A DNA stretch of 63,042 bases, counting the filler, from Octopus bimaculoides (Eukaryota), in assembly GCF_001194135.2 (NCBI RefSeq). It is 6 parts of 6 records of this genome, joined end to end, with 100 filler letters (N's around TTAATTAATTAA, not from the genome) between each part and the next. Parts side by side here need not be neighbours in the genome. Positions count along the whole stretch, not along the records: positions 1 to 14,022 come from NC_068994.1; 5 more parts are not named here. One strand, written 5' to 3'. Positions 1 through 11,705 of the stretch are shown here, in pieces. The position numbers were made by a program, and so were the translations under genes. Below the pieces are notes generated by a model, which saw nothing but the letters and a program-made list of their open reading frames with translations, did not search any database and had not been told where the DNA came from. Every line of letters begins with the position of its first letter. The stretch's first letter is position 1.

Positions 1-45
<45 letters not shown>

Positions 46-1044
46 TACAGAAAGATGTCCGGATGTATTTATAATTAGGAACAATCAAGTACACCGGTAT
101 TTCTCAATCTCACGCACACGTATATATAGATATAGATATGTGTATACAGTGTTATATTATATACATACACACAGACATACAAACTATATTTATATTTATT
201 AAGTTTGGTCTTTTCTCCTCGTTAAAACAGTTGATAACGAAAGTTTCCGCCGCTATCCACCCGAGCTGTCCCCAGGGCTTGTCTTCTGTCGTCACGTTTT
301 GCCAGTTTATTTTGACTGACATTAATAATTACTGAAGCAAAGGGGTTTAATGTGAAAGACAGGCGAGAAAATCGATGCAGTCGATCGGGGTTCGAAACTG
401 GATCTCAGTAGATTTGAATTTATAAATTCATTCTGTGTGTGTGTGTGTGGGATCGACTGAGGCATTTTTCAAGATAGTAATCAGAAATGCTGACGATGTT
501 TCCTCGTCTTTATCATCATCACCATCATCATCCCCACCGTGAATATCCTCGCCAACGTCACCGTCGTCGTTGTCATCATCATCATCATCGTCTGTCATCT
601 TATTACCACTACCACCATAATACAACGCCATCACAATCCCTACCATCACAATGATAATCACTAACACCACCACCACCACCATCACTATGACAGTCGCCAT
701 CATCATCAACACCATCATTACAATCACCACAATTGTGAACCGAGAACAGGGGTGGTGGGTGCTATTTGTTCCTCAGTTTGCTGAAGAGGTGCAGGAGACA
801 TGAAACTATATTGACCTATCAAGATCATGTGAAGAGCGTGGAAATGGTGGCGGTGGTGGTGGGACAGACAATAAGCTGTACGACATCCAACCAGGTATCT
901 CACTTGTTTGAGTTCAAATCCAGCTTCAGCCACATAGACTTTTTAACTGTTATTCCACTCTTGTTTTTATCCAATAAATACCAGTAATACACTGAAATTC
1001 ATTTATCAACTGAATAAGAGCTTTTGCTTGATGTAAAAAAATCC

Positions 1045-1290
1045 TCCCCCTCCTCCTCATCATAACAATAATAATTATAGTAATGATTTCAGATTTTGAC
1101 ACAAAGCCAGCAATTTTCAGGGAAGTGTGTAAGTCAATTAGATCAACCCCAATGCGCAACTGGGTACTTATTTTATTGAGCCTGAAATGATGAAAGGCAA
1201 GGTGGGCTTCAGTGGAATTTGAACTCAGAGTATAAAGACAGCCAAAGTGCTTGACAGGATTTTATGCAGCATGCTAACAATTCTGCCAGC
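1045..1290 (-). mobile_element. tRNA-derived SINE family B, degenerate copy
   Basis: Reverse complement matches the family B body (GCAGAATTGTTAGCA...GAGTTCAAATT...GGCTTTGTGTCAAAATCTGAA) next to (ATT/AAT)n tracts; compared with the copies at 44-46 kb. Ends approximate. Confidence 0.7.
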
Positions 1291-2940
1291 TTGCCATTAT
1301 TATTATTATTATTATTATTAATAATAATAATAATAATTCTTTCAACTGGAAGCACAAGGCTTCAAATTTGGGGCAAAGGATTGATTACATTGACTCCAGT
1401 GCATAACTGGTACTTATTATTTAATCAATACCAAAAGGATGAAAGGCAAAGTCACCCTCAGTGCCATGCAGTGGAACTGAACCTGAAGTCACATGGTTGG
1501 GTAGGAAGCTCCTTAACCACACAGCCACACCTGTATGTGTGTTTATATTAGTTTAAACTGAAAGGAAAGGGGAATGGCGTCAAAGAAGGTCTGTAATGGT
1601 TTAATGAAGTTTAACAGATGGTGTCTGGAAGTCTGGAGTTGGTTGCACACACGTGTGGCAGGGATTGAGATTGTCAAAGCTTTCTGTAATAACAGACTGT
1701 ACCCATTATGTGTGTACCCACCACTACCATCACTAGCCCTCTTCCACCCCCATCACCAACAGCAACAATAGCACCATGATCCTGTACCACCACCACAACC
1801 ACCATCACAACCATCACCATCGTCACCACTGCCAATTCTAACATATTAACGATTGTCTTATAGAGTCAAAATTCCATTTCTATTTTATGGTTTCTTTAAA
1901 AATTGGCTTTGTAAAAAAAAAAATACAGCATAAATGGAGAAACTGAATTGGAACTGTATAAGTCAATTATTGATAGACACACACACGTGTGTGTGTGTGT
2001 GTGTGTATAGGTATATATAAAAGACACATAATCTTTCCTCTAAATACCAAGAGACTTCTTTCAAAATATTCAGACAGTTTCAGCTGATAGATATGGAAGT
2101 GAAGGAAATTAGAACAATGTTTCTAGAAATGACAAAGCTAATAACTCCATTTTCTTTTCGTGTCGTTTCTTACCCTCTCACGAAATCACCCACCCCTCCC
2201 TCCTTATCCTCTGTCTATGTTCTCTCTTATATTCATCTTCTTGTACCTTAAGTGTATGCTCTGCTACCCTGTCACCACCATCTTTATGTCCCATCCAGCT
2301 ACTCCCAGCCATCCTCACATAATGTAGGGCAAGCCATGTATCCCCTCTGTAGCAAGACTCCTGGTCCCTCTATCATACTTTAGCACCTGGCACTAAGCCA
2401 CTTTCCTTTCTCAATAGAATAAGTGCTTGTTGCATACTGGAGTTGGTGTAACCGGCTGAGCCTCTTCCCCGAAACTGCCGGTCTTGTGCCGAAATTTGAA
2501 ACCATTATTATCAGTGGTTAAAATATTTGACATTTTTCTATATTCATCATCATCATCATCGTTTAATATCTGCCTTCCATGCTAGCATGGGTTGGACAAA
2601 AATACCTGCCATGACTAAATGATTTATATACAAATACTGTTTTAATGGTTATCAAATTGTAATTTATTGTGGTGTATTTAGTTATGCTGAGAAAAGGTCT
2701 TTGAAAGAGCATTAATAAAAATATATAAGGCAATAGTTTGAAAAAAGTTTGAGGAGTATTTGCGTAAGAGATAGACAGTAAGTATATGTTTAAGTGGCCC
2801 CCATCAAAAAGAAAAGGAAAAATGGCTTCCAAATAACTCGTCTCTGATTGGCTAAAATTTGTAATTAAAACAACACCTGTGCCAACGGCGAAAATGTCGT
2901 CTGCATTAGGCCGCTACAGACAGAAACGTATCGACATATA

Positions 2941-3249
2941 TTCTTTTATTCTACTGTTCCTTTACTGGTTTCAGCCATTTGACTGCGGTCATGCTGGAGT
3001 ACCGCCTTTCAGCCAAAGAAATCGACCTCAGGACTTTGTAGGCCCGGTACTTATTCTACCGGACCCTTTTGCCGAACCGCCAAGTTACGGGGGAAATAAA
3101 CACACCAACATCGGTTGTCAAGCAATGAGTGAGTGGACCCCCCCCCCACACACACGACAGGTTTCTTTTCAGTTTCCGTCAACCAAATCCACTCACAAGG
3201 CTTTGGTCGGACCGAGGCTATGGTAGAAGACACTTGCTCAAGGTGCCCT
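2941..3249 (-). mobile_element. CORE-like SINE family A, 5'-truncated copy
   Basis: Reverse complement reads GGCACCTTGAGCAAGTGTCTTCTACCATAGCC...GGCGGTACTCCAGCATGACCGCAGTCAAATGGCTGAAAC, colinear with the full copy at 53863-54254. Confidence 0.8.
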
Positions 3250-4432
3250 GCAGGGGACCTTGCATGCAAACTTAGACATATACAATTAGATATACATATA
3301 CACGGCTATATACGCACAACCATTACATACATTTGCAAGCAGGGACTTTTTGTGATGGATATACACACGTCGACATGTAAATTTGTACGGTTGAAGTTTG
3401 TGAATTTGGGACAGAATAGGAGTTTGACTTATCCAGATTGTCACTCAGTGAGAGAGAGAGGGGGGGGGCAGGCAGACAGGCAAAGAGGACCTGTTTTGTT
3501 GAGTTTTCAGGCGAAAGGACAATCCTTGGCATACGAATTTATCCAAATTAAACTTCGCTGTATAAATCTTAATTATGTGGTCAACTACCCAAATTCTGGG
3601 ACCCTGTGTTTCTTTTACCTTGTAGATTCGTATAAACACATATACTCTGAAATCTACAGAAACAGTTACACACACGCACGCACGCACACGCACACACACA
3701 CACACACGCATGCAATAAGATGCTCCTACAAATATACACAGACACAAACTTACATACATACATACATACATACATGCATTGTGTACAAGAATCTGTATAT
3801 AGGAACAAGGGTCAGTTGTATGTAAGACAACCCAAGTCTTGACAGTGTTTTAACAACTTTGTGGGGGAAGATAAGGTGTTGGGAAAAAGTCTTTGAAATA
3901 TTACATTGAATATATTGATTATTAGTTTAAGTTGTTTTTGGATAAAATATTTAAAGCGAAAAAACGACAGTCTTTTGCAGACGACACGAAGGATAATTTT
4001 ATCTGCTAGAAATAACTGTCAAATCTCTTTCAAGTCATTTATAATAGTCTTGGGAAGGACAAACGATTGTAGGTCTGCTCATTCAGGAATGCCCTGAGAA
4101 TCAACATCTCAAGAAGGGACGGAGATAGACGTCCACAAACAGAGACTAATATAAAACTCAGCATCCTGATTACAACTAATCATGTGTTAAATCAGAAATA
4201 TTTAGTATTCTGACAAAATATCGATAAAAGTCTTGAAAATCAATAGATAATAAATAATAAAAGTTTACAAACGAAAGGATCGCGGAATTTTATTGATTAG
4301 GGACTTAATACTATTACACCGTTTGTGGTTTGTTTTATTTTTATTTTTACTCTGTAGGGCGCCTGAGTAAATAAATTAAGGATTCTCTCTCTCATTCTCC
4401 ATGTTCCTGCAACTTGGCTTTCTCTCTCGTAG

Positions 4433-4529
4433 ATTTATGCCCTCGCACTGGCTACTGCCACCTTTTTCCAGTGGTGATTTAGCCCCGATTCATGCTCAAC
4501 ACCCGGATTAAGAAGCAACAAAAGCCCGG
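4433..4529 (+). other. Candidate non-coding (5'UTR) exon of the zinc-finger gene
   Basis: Acceptor CTTTCTCTCTCGTAG| (AG 4431-4432) and donor CGG|GTAAGA (GT 4530-4531) bracket a 97-nt unique segment with stops in all three frames. No transcript evidence. Confidence 0.35.
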
Positions 4530-5250
4530 GTAAGATTGTCTCTAATCCCAACATTGAAAACTAATTCCGAGGGTGTGCTTGTAAGGAATGGGTTGACGTA
4601 TGGATGACTGCAGAAACGAATGAATGGCTGGATGGATGGATAGCTTGGTGCATGGTAAGAAGCGGGCTGATCAGGGTGCTTCTGAAAAACAAGGGTGCAA
4701 CATGAATGTTTGTACTCGGATTTCCGTTACCCGTATTTCTCCTAAATATCAGTGATTTTAGCCTTGTATATATGTAAATATTCTTCCTCTCTCTGTCACT
4801 GTATACATGTTTCCGCCTCTTTTTATCTGTATATCATTCCATCCCTTTCTTTATAATATATTTCTGTCTCTCACTCTCATCATCGCTCTCTGTTTATCAA
4901 TCTCTGTCTCTCCCTCTTTAGTCATCATTCTATCTTTTTCTAACTCTCTCTCCTCCACATCTACCGAGCGTATATGTTTTCGTATTGTGTCTATCCATTA
5001 GATATACCTTATCTAGGAAAGCATCCATTGTAGACGAATGTTAAAAAAAGGTCCCTCGCCTATGCAAACGATTTCAATCACTGAACATTCTAGCTTGTGT
5101 CCTTATTTATCGTATACACACGTTTACTGAGACACACAAACCATGCATATATTTATATATACCCGCCCCAATCAATCGGTTTTCATTCCCATCATCTCAC
5201 TAGTAACCCGCTCAAAATATATGATGTAAAGCAGTATTTAAAGGACAATA

Positions 5251-5297
<47 letters not shown>

Positions 5298-5970
5298 TGT
5301 GTGTGTTGTATGTCTATGTCTGTCTATGTATATGTGTGTGCGAATGTATATATTATATGTGTACCTATCTATCTACCTGCCTATCTGTGTTTCTCCATCT
5401 CGCTCTCAAGATAGATAAATAAACATCTACATATGCATATATACATGTATTTATACGTATATAAATGCATATGTATCTAATGTGTGTGTGTACATTACAC
5501 ACACACTCACACACACACATATATATTTTTATATATATATAATGCACGTGTATGCATAAATATGTGTGAATGTATAGGTGTTTTTGTCTGCATATACAAT
5601 AATCTAAATAGTTGTACTTCTGAAATGTTGTAAGTCCACTGGTGGTGTTTATGCATTATAGAAGTCTATTTTCTTTCACTAAAGGTCTCTCCATGACTTT
5701 TAGTTTCCAAAATTCTAAATCTGAGAACTGTTTCCATTCTAAAGTATTTCTGTTAAATAGGGAAATTTGAGTTGAAACTCTTAAATAAACAAAAAAATTG
5801 GCAATTTTTGCGATGCACAACAGTTTAGGAATGGTCACTCCAGTTCTTAATTGTATTTTAAAATTCTGACACCAAATGTATCAAAAGTGTTTTGTTGGAT
5901 TTTTTAAAATCATGTCACAATCCAAGACAGTCTTTCTATTCATCACATCCTGTGTTGCACCTTGATGATG

Positions 5971-6015
<45 letters not shown>

Positions 6016-7393
6016 TACGTGTGTATGTATGTATATGTTTGGGTATCTGTGTTTGTCACCCCACCATCGCTTGACAACCAATGTTGGTGTGTTTACGTCC
6101 CCGTTACTTAGCGGTTTGGTAAAAGAGGCCGGTAGAATAAGTACCAGGCTTACAAAGAATAAGTCCTGGGGTTGATTTCTTCGACTAAAGGCAGTACTCC
6201 AGCATGGTCGCAGTCAAATGACTGAAACAAATAAAAGAATAAAAGAAGCTGTTTTCCATGCTGGCATGGGTTGGATGGTTTGACAGGAGCTGGCCAATGA
6301 GAGGACTGCACCAAACTCTCCTGTCTGCTTTGGTGGGGTTTCTATAACTGGATGCCCTTCCTAATGCCAACCAATTTGCAGAGTCAACCAGGTGCTTTTT
6401 ATGTGGCAAACCAGCTAAAAATACATAAACCACACAAATTGTATATTACAAGAGTCAAATGCAATCTGGTAATAAAATGAATAAGTCATTAAAAAACTGA
6501 ACACAATCTGTCCGAAACCTAACTACAAATGCATAGTTTGAAAATAACAAAAATCTCTTCATCAATATGAAACCACAAACTAACAATCCACAGGATGTAC
6601 TGCAGACAGCCAATATAATATAGAAGTTTCAATGTAAACATGAAAGTTGTAAACTTTATGACTCAGACTGTTACATTGATTACACAAATACAGCACTTTC
6701 TCACACATTTCCATCAAGGAATTCATAACACTGTACATAAAATGAATTATGATAGAAAAAAAACAGTAGTTGACAGTAAATACTACAGGTTTATATTAAA
6801 TAACAAAGTAAACTTTATTTGTGGTGAAATGCAAACCAAAAAGCATAACCTAACTATGTCACATGTAAAATAAACCTTGAAATCTACAAGGACTAAACGA
6901 CAGAATGATTTTGAAATCTGGCATTGATGATTTTATTGTTAACAACAATATTCCCATGATACATTGCAACCTACATTTTGTCTATTATGTTTCTTTATGT
7001 CCCTGAATATAAAGTCTGTCTGTGTGTCTATCATTCTAATACACCAACGAAGATAAATAAATCAATCATTTTTGTTTTCATTTTTCTGTCTTAAAATTAA
7101 AAATTTTTCCAAATTCATTTTTCTTTTTTTTTTTAATGTATTTTTCAGGTGATTAATGTCCTGTTGGCAATCAATTAACTACAGTAGCTGCAACAACAGT
7201 AATATTACCAACAGCAACAACAACATCAACAGGAAGTGGCACTAGCAGATAATCAAGGAATTATTTGGTTTGTTGACTAAAATCACTCCAGTGTTATTTT
7301 TACTTTAAAGAACTCAACTCCATCACACATAGCTCCATCACATGTTGGTTTCTCGCCAGCGTCTCAGCTTTGAGTTTGGCCGCAGCCTCTGAG

Positions 7394-8257
7394 ATGAGTT
7401 CCACTTTCTCCCTCTCCGATGGGATGGTCTTTTCTCCGACCACACCATCAGATAAATCCGATATCGAATTAGCAATGTCGTCGGTGGAGGAGGTCAGCTT
7501 CCATCAACAGCAGCAACCGAGTCAGGTGAAGGACGAACTGACCACTGGGCACAACCACAACAACCACCCTCACCATCATCCTACTAACAACACCAATTGC
7601 AATAATAATAATAATAATAACAATAACAACAACAACAACAACAACAACAGCCATCAGCATCCTCCGTGCTGTAACCAAACATCGTACAGCCAATGCCATC
7701 AACAGCACAGCAGTTGTTGCTGTACCTTGGACTGTCAGAGCTGTAGCCAGATCAATTGTACCCAGTGTCGCATGGCTCAGAGGAGCCACCAGCATTATGT
7801 AATGCAGCCGGAAAAGTTGCACACATGTGATGTGTGCGGCAAGGGCCTCTCTCGGCGTGACCACCTCAAACTACACAAGAGGATCCACTCCGGAGAACGT
7901 CCATACAAGTGTGACGTGTGCAGCTACACGTTCTATCGCAAAGACCACCTGCTTCGACACCAGCGTCGCAACAACTGTCGCCGGAAGACGGAAATCGGTG
8001 TGACATCACTTCCCTCCCCCGGTGGGCAACGAGAAATGGTACACAGTGCCGGCAGCATTGGTCACTCGGCTCGAGTACCGGAGGGCAGCCAGGTGTGGCA
8101 GGGACACCAAAAGCCACTACCACCACAAGCACTGAAGATGGAGAGGTCACCTGACAATTCTCTGCGCTACAACCACAACACTGATGAGTGCAACCAGATG
8201 CAGCAGTCGCAACATTCGATGCACAAACTCGTTATTCCCCATTATACAAACAGTTAG
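7394..8257 (+). CDS. Zinc-finger transcription factor (one C2H2 finger + one C2HC finger) with poly-Asn/His/Gln and Cys-rich N-terminal region
   Basis: Open frame from 7277 to the TAG at 8255-8257; first in-frame ATG at 7394. Contains [21 protein letters not shown], linker SGERPY, then [23 protein letters not shown]. The true 5' end may instead be spliced (acceptor candidates at 7148, 7310, 7359). Confidence 0.85.
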   Translation: MSSTFSLSDGMVFSPTTPSDKSDIELAMSSVEEVSFHQQQQPSQVKDELTTGHNHNNHPHHHPTNNTNCNNNNNNNNNNNNNNNNSHQHPPCCNQTSYSQCHQQHSSCCCTLDCQSCSQINCTQCRMAQRSHQHYVMQPEKLHTCDVCGKGLSRRDHLKLHKRIHSGERPYKCDVCSYTFYRKDHLLRHQRRNNCRRKTEIGVTSLPSPGGQREMVHSAGSIGHSARVPEGSQVWQGHQKPLPPQALKMERSPDNSLRYNHNTDECNQMQQSQHSMHKLVIPHYTNS

Positions 8258-8403
8258 TTTCATAACAGACACATACATGTATATACACATACTATATATA
8301 CATATACACACAAATATATAAATGGTATATATACATGGATATATATATATATATATAAACATTAAATTTTATTGTCTGTATAAAACAATCACACACAAAC
8401 ACA

Positions 8404-8599
8404 TGTATATTAGGAAGAAGGAGGCAGTCAGAATTTTGGATAATTCTCTATTAGCACTTTCATTTGTTTAATCATATTCTTCAAGGAAAATTGAACCAAA
8501 ATAATAAAACAATTTTTCTTGAAGAATACGGTTAAACGAATGAAAGTGCTAATAAAGAACTATCCAAAATTCTGACTGCCTCCTTCTTCTTAATTTACA
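8404..8599. repeat. Long inverted repeat / MITE-like fold-back (90-bp arms, 16-nt loop)
   Basis: 8404-8493 versus the reverse complement of 8510-8599: 8 differences in 90 nt, no gaps; loop 8494-8509. Confidence 0.9.
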
Positions 8600-8633
8600 A
8601 TATCTGTACACCACTTCAAACACCCTATACATA

Positions 8634-8717
<84 letters not shown>

Positions 8718-9810
8718 TATATATATAGATATATAGATATATACACACATACATTCATATACACAGTGTCATACAGGCATACATACACATATAATCACCT
8801 ACCAAACACACACACACTCACGCAAAGTTATGTAACCATGCACACGTGTCCATAATTACCACACAGACTGTCATATAACCACACCACACACTCACACAAA
8901 TATATTGTCATGTTCTGACAAACACACACATATACACATACACCCATACACAAACTTGCTGACCAGACTGTTGGATGCATGCTTTTCAGAATGATTATTT
9001 CCTCTTCAGCAGCAGAGACCAGTAAGTCAGATGTTGTGAACTGACACAAGAGACAATCATTTAATGATTGGTTGCGCTATTCGGGAGATCGCTGTGAATA
9101 AACTAGTGAATGACAGCTCTAAGTAGTGATGTGTGTAAATACGAATTTGTTACCAGTTCAAATGTGCTTGAGGTGTATATACATACATACATGCGTATAA
9201 ACAGCACATGATGTAATGTGAAGTGGTATATGACATAGCAGAGGAGTGGTGGATTGCAGTGTACGGTGTAGTGTTTGATATGGTTTCATGCAGTGTGGTG
9301 GTGGTGGTGGTGGTGTCACTGATGTATGGAGTGATGCAATGAAATGTGGTTTTGGTGTGGGATGTAGTCATGTCATGGTCCTGAACCGTTTCCATTGTGT
9401 ATTACCACCACCACCACTGCTGCTGCTGCCGTTACTACTACTACTACTACTGTAGCCATTATGACTGATGTCACCAACTCTACTATTTCTGCTACAACCT
9501 CTATCACTACCACCACCACTACTACTATATCGTTTACCACACACCATTACCATTGCTACTTCCACCATTGTTACTACAACTACTACTACTATAATCACTA
9601 CCACCACTACTACTTCTACTGTCATTTTTATTTTTTAGATACTACAGCCTCTACTTGCACTACTGCTTTCACTACCACCACCACCACCACCACCACCATT
9701 ATTATTACTACTGCTACCACCACTACTACACTTACAATCACATTAACATTATTCCCCTCATCACCACTTGCTACTATCACTGTTATATATATATATATAT
9801 ATATATACAT

Positions 9811-9859
<49 letters not shown>

Positions 9860-10088
9860 NNNNNNNNNNNNNNNNNNNNNNNNNNNNNNNNNNNNNNNNN
9901 NNNNNNNNNNNNNNNNNNNNNNNNNNNNNNNNNNNNNNNNNNNNNNNNNNNNNNNNNNNNNNNNNNNNNNNNNNNNNNNNNNNNNNNNNNNNNNNNNNNN
10001 NNNNNNNNNNNNNNNNNNNNNNNNNNNNNNNNNNNNNNNNNNNNNNNNNNNNNNNNNNNNNATATATATATATATATATATATAGATT

Positions 10089-10555
10089 CATCATCATCAC
10101 CATCATCATCATTTAACGTCCGTTTTCCATGCTGGCATGGGTTGGACGGTTCGATTGGGGACTGGCAAGCCAGGGAGCCGCACCAGGCACCAATCTGATG
10201 TAGCAATGTTTCTACAGCTGGATGCCCTTCCTAATGCCAATCACTCTGGGAGTGTAGTGGGTGCTTTTTATGTGCCACCGGCGCGGGAGCCAGTCAGGTG
10301 GGACTGGCATCGGTCATGTTCAGATGGTGCTTTTTACATGCTACCCACACAGGAACCAGTTGGGCTGGGGTGGTGGGTGTGGTGGTAGTGGCATCGACCA
10401 CATTTGGATGGTGCTTTTTCTGTTCCACCAGCACGGGGAGCCAGTCAGGCAGCACTGGCAAGAATCTATGCAAGAATGGTGCTTATTGCATACCACTAGC
10501 ACACCCACCCATGCTAGCATGGAAGGTGGACGTTAAACAATGATGATGATGATGA
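10089..10555 (-). mobile_element. (GAT)n-tailed interspersed repeat (family C, probably RTE-LINE 3' derived) with an inverted copy of its tail at the other end
   Basis: Left end CATCATCATTTAACGTCCGTTTTCCATGCTGGCATGGGTTGG and right end CCCACCCATGCTAGCATGGAAGGTGGACGTTAAACAATGATGATG are about 45-nt inverted copies; four internal GGTGCTT-led subrepeats. Other family C copies near 6255-6410, 16055-16310, 22285-22420, 23530-23710, 25980-26170, 26895-27030, 45340-45490, 46550-46880, 56720-56940. Confidence 0.75.
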
Positions 10556-11359
10556 TAATATATGATAAATGGAAGATGGAAGCTACCAGGTATAAACCAT
10601 TCATTTTATTATCTATCTATCTATATATTTGTATATATAAGGTTAGCTCAGTTAGAGGTTAAGATAACCGTTAAGGGATAAAAGTATCCATTACACTACC
10701 AGTATATTACCTATGTTAACCATGGGCATACATGGTATATATATGTATATACATGGATTATATAACAAACTAGAAGAATGAATACCAAAAGGTGGATAAT
10801 AAAATTCTTTTTAGTAGAATTTTTGTTACTTCTCAAGAACCAACGGTTTCCTGCTGTCAAAGATCAGCACTTTTTATAGTGTAGGGTTAAGGCTCACAGC
10901 CTTAGTCCTAGACTACTGTATATTAAACACAGTTCTTCACCCAAGGTTCTGCATGCTAGGATTGAACCTGTAATCATTTGTTTGCCAGGCTAACTTTGTA
11001 ACTACACAGCTACACTGCTGGGTTATGGGACTTGTTGTGTGATGTGTGAAAACGAATATACTATTGAATCATTGAAGATGCAGTGTAGACAAATAGATGA
11101 GATGGAGGTGATAACCTGTCTAGGCCAGACTTTGCTAGTGACAGACAAATGGAGAAAGCAAAAATGTCTGGTCATGTGACTGCAATGACTAAATATTGTT
11201 TATCAATTTTTGATTTCTTAATCTTCATCTTACAAAAATCAAAATAAAAAATGACTGAAAAGTTTTTCTTGATTATTTCATTGTTTAATTTTTGTATTAA
11301 TCAGTTGTCTATGCCATCTTTTGTTTGTCTCCTGGCTTTTCTTTCTTGTCTTTTGGCAG

Positions 11360-11445
11360 CAGATTCACGTGAATTGGACTGGCGGTACATGAACCTTCCA
11401 GTTACGGGGTCCATCATTGACCTCTCAAAGGACAAATACCAGTGA
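11360..11445 (+). CDS. Candidate orphan terminal coding exon (A)DSRELDWRYMNLPVTGSIIDLSKDKYQ*
   Basis: Long polypyrimidine tract ending CAGCAG (AG at 11358-59 and 11361-62), then a short unique open frame ending at TGA 11443-11445. No family recognised. Confidence 0.3.
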
Positions 11446-11599
11446 TATATTAGGGGTCTGATTGTACAAACTATATAGTTTTCCTTTCAAGAAAAGGAAC
11501 AAATTTCTTCTCTGCATCTTCTACAGACCCTGTTATAAGAAGTAGGCCTTTAGCACACAAGAGTCCCCTTGGACAGCCAGAGTTAAATCCCTGTGTTAT

Positions 11600-11705
11600 G
11601 TTTTATCAGACTTCAAAAAATAGTAGGGGACTAAGAACTGAGCCCTGATGGGGTCTTATTTGTAGGCTCAGTTTATCACTAAACTCACCCTCCATCCTTG
11701 CCACC
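11600..11705 (-). mobile_element. RTE-type LINE reverse-transcriptase fragment
   Basis: Minus-strand translation RMEGEFSDKLSLQIRPHQGSVLSPLLF resembles the RT motif G(V)HQGSVLSPLLF. Confidence 0.6.

Noticed and set aside
428-760. ORFs with poly-Asp/Val/His (also 9368-9790, 34302-34661, 44687-45009)
   Set aside because: Translations of trinucleotide microsatellites.
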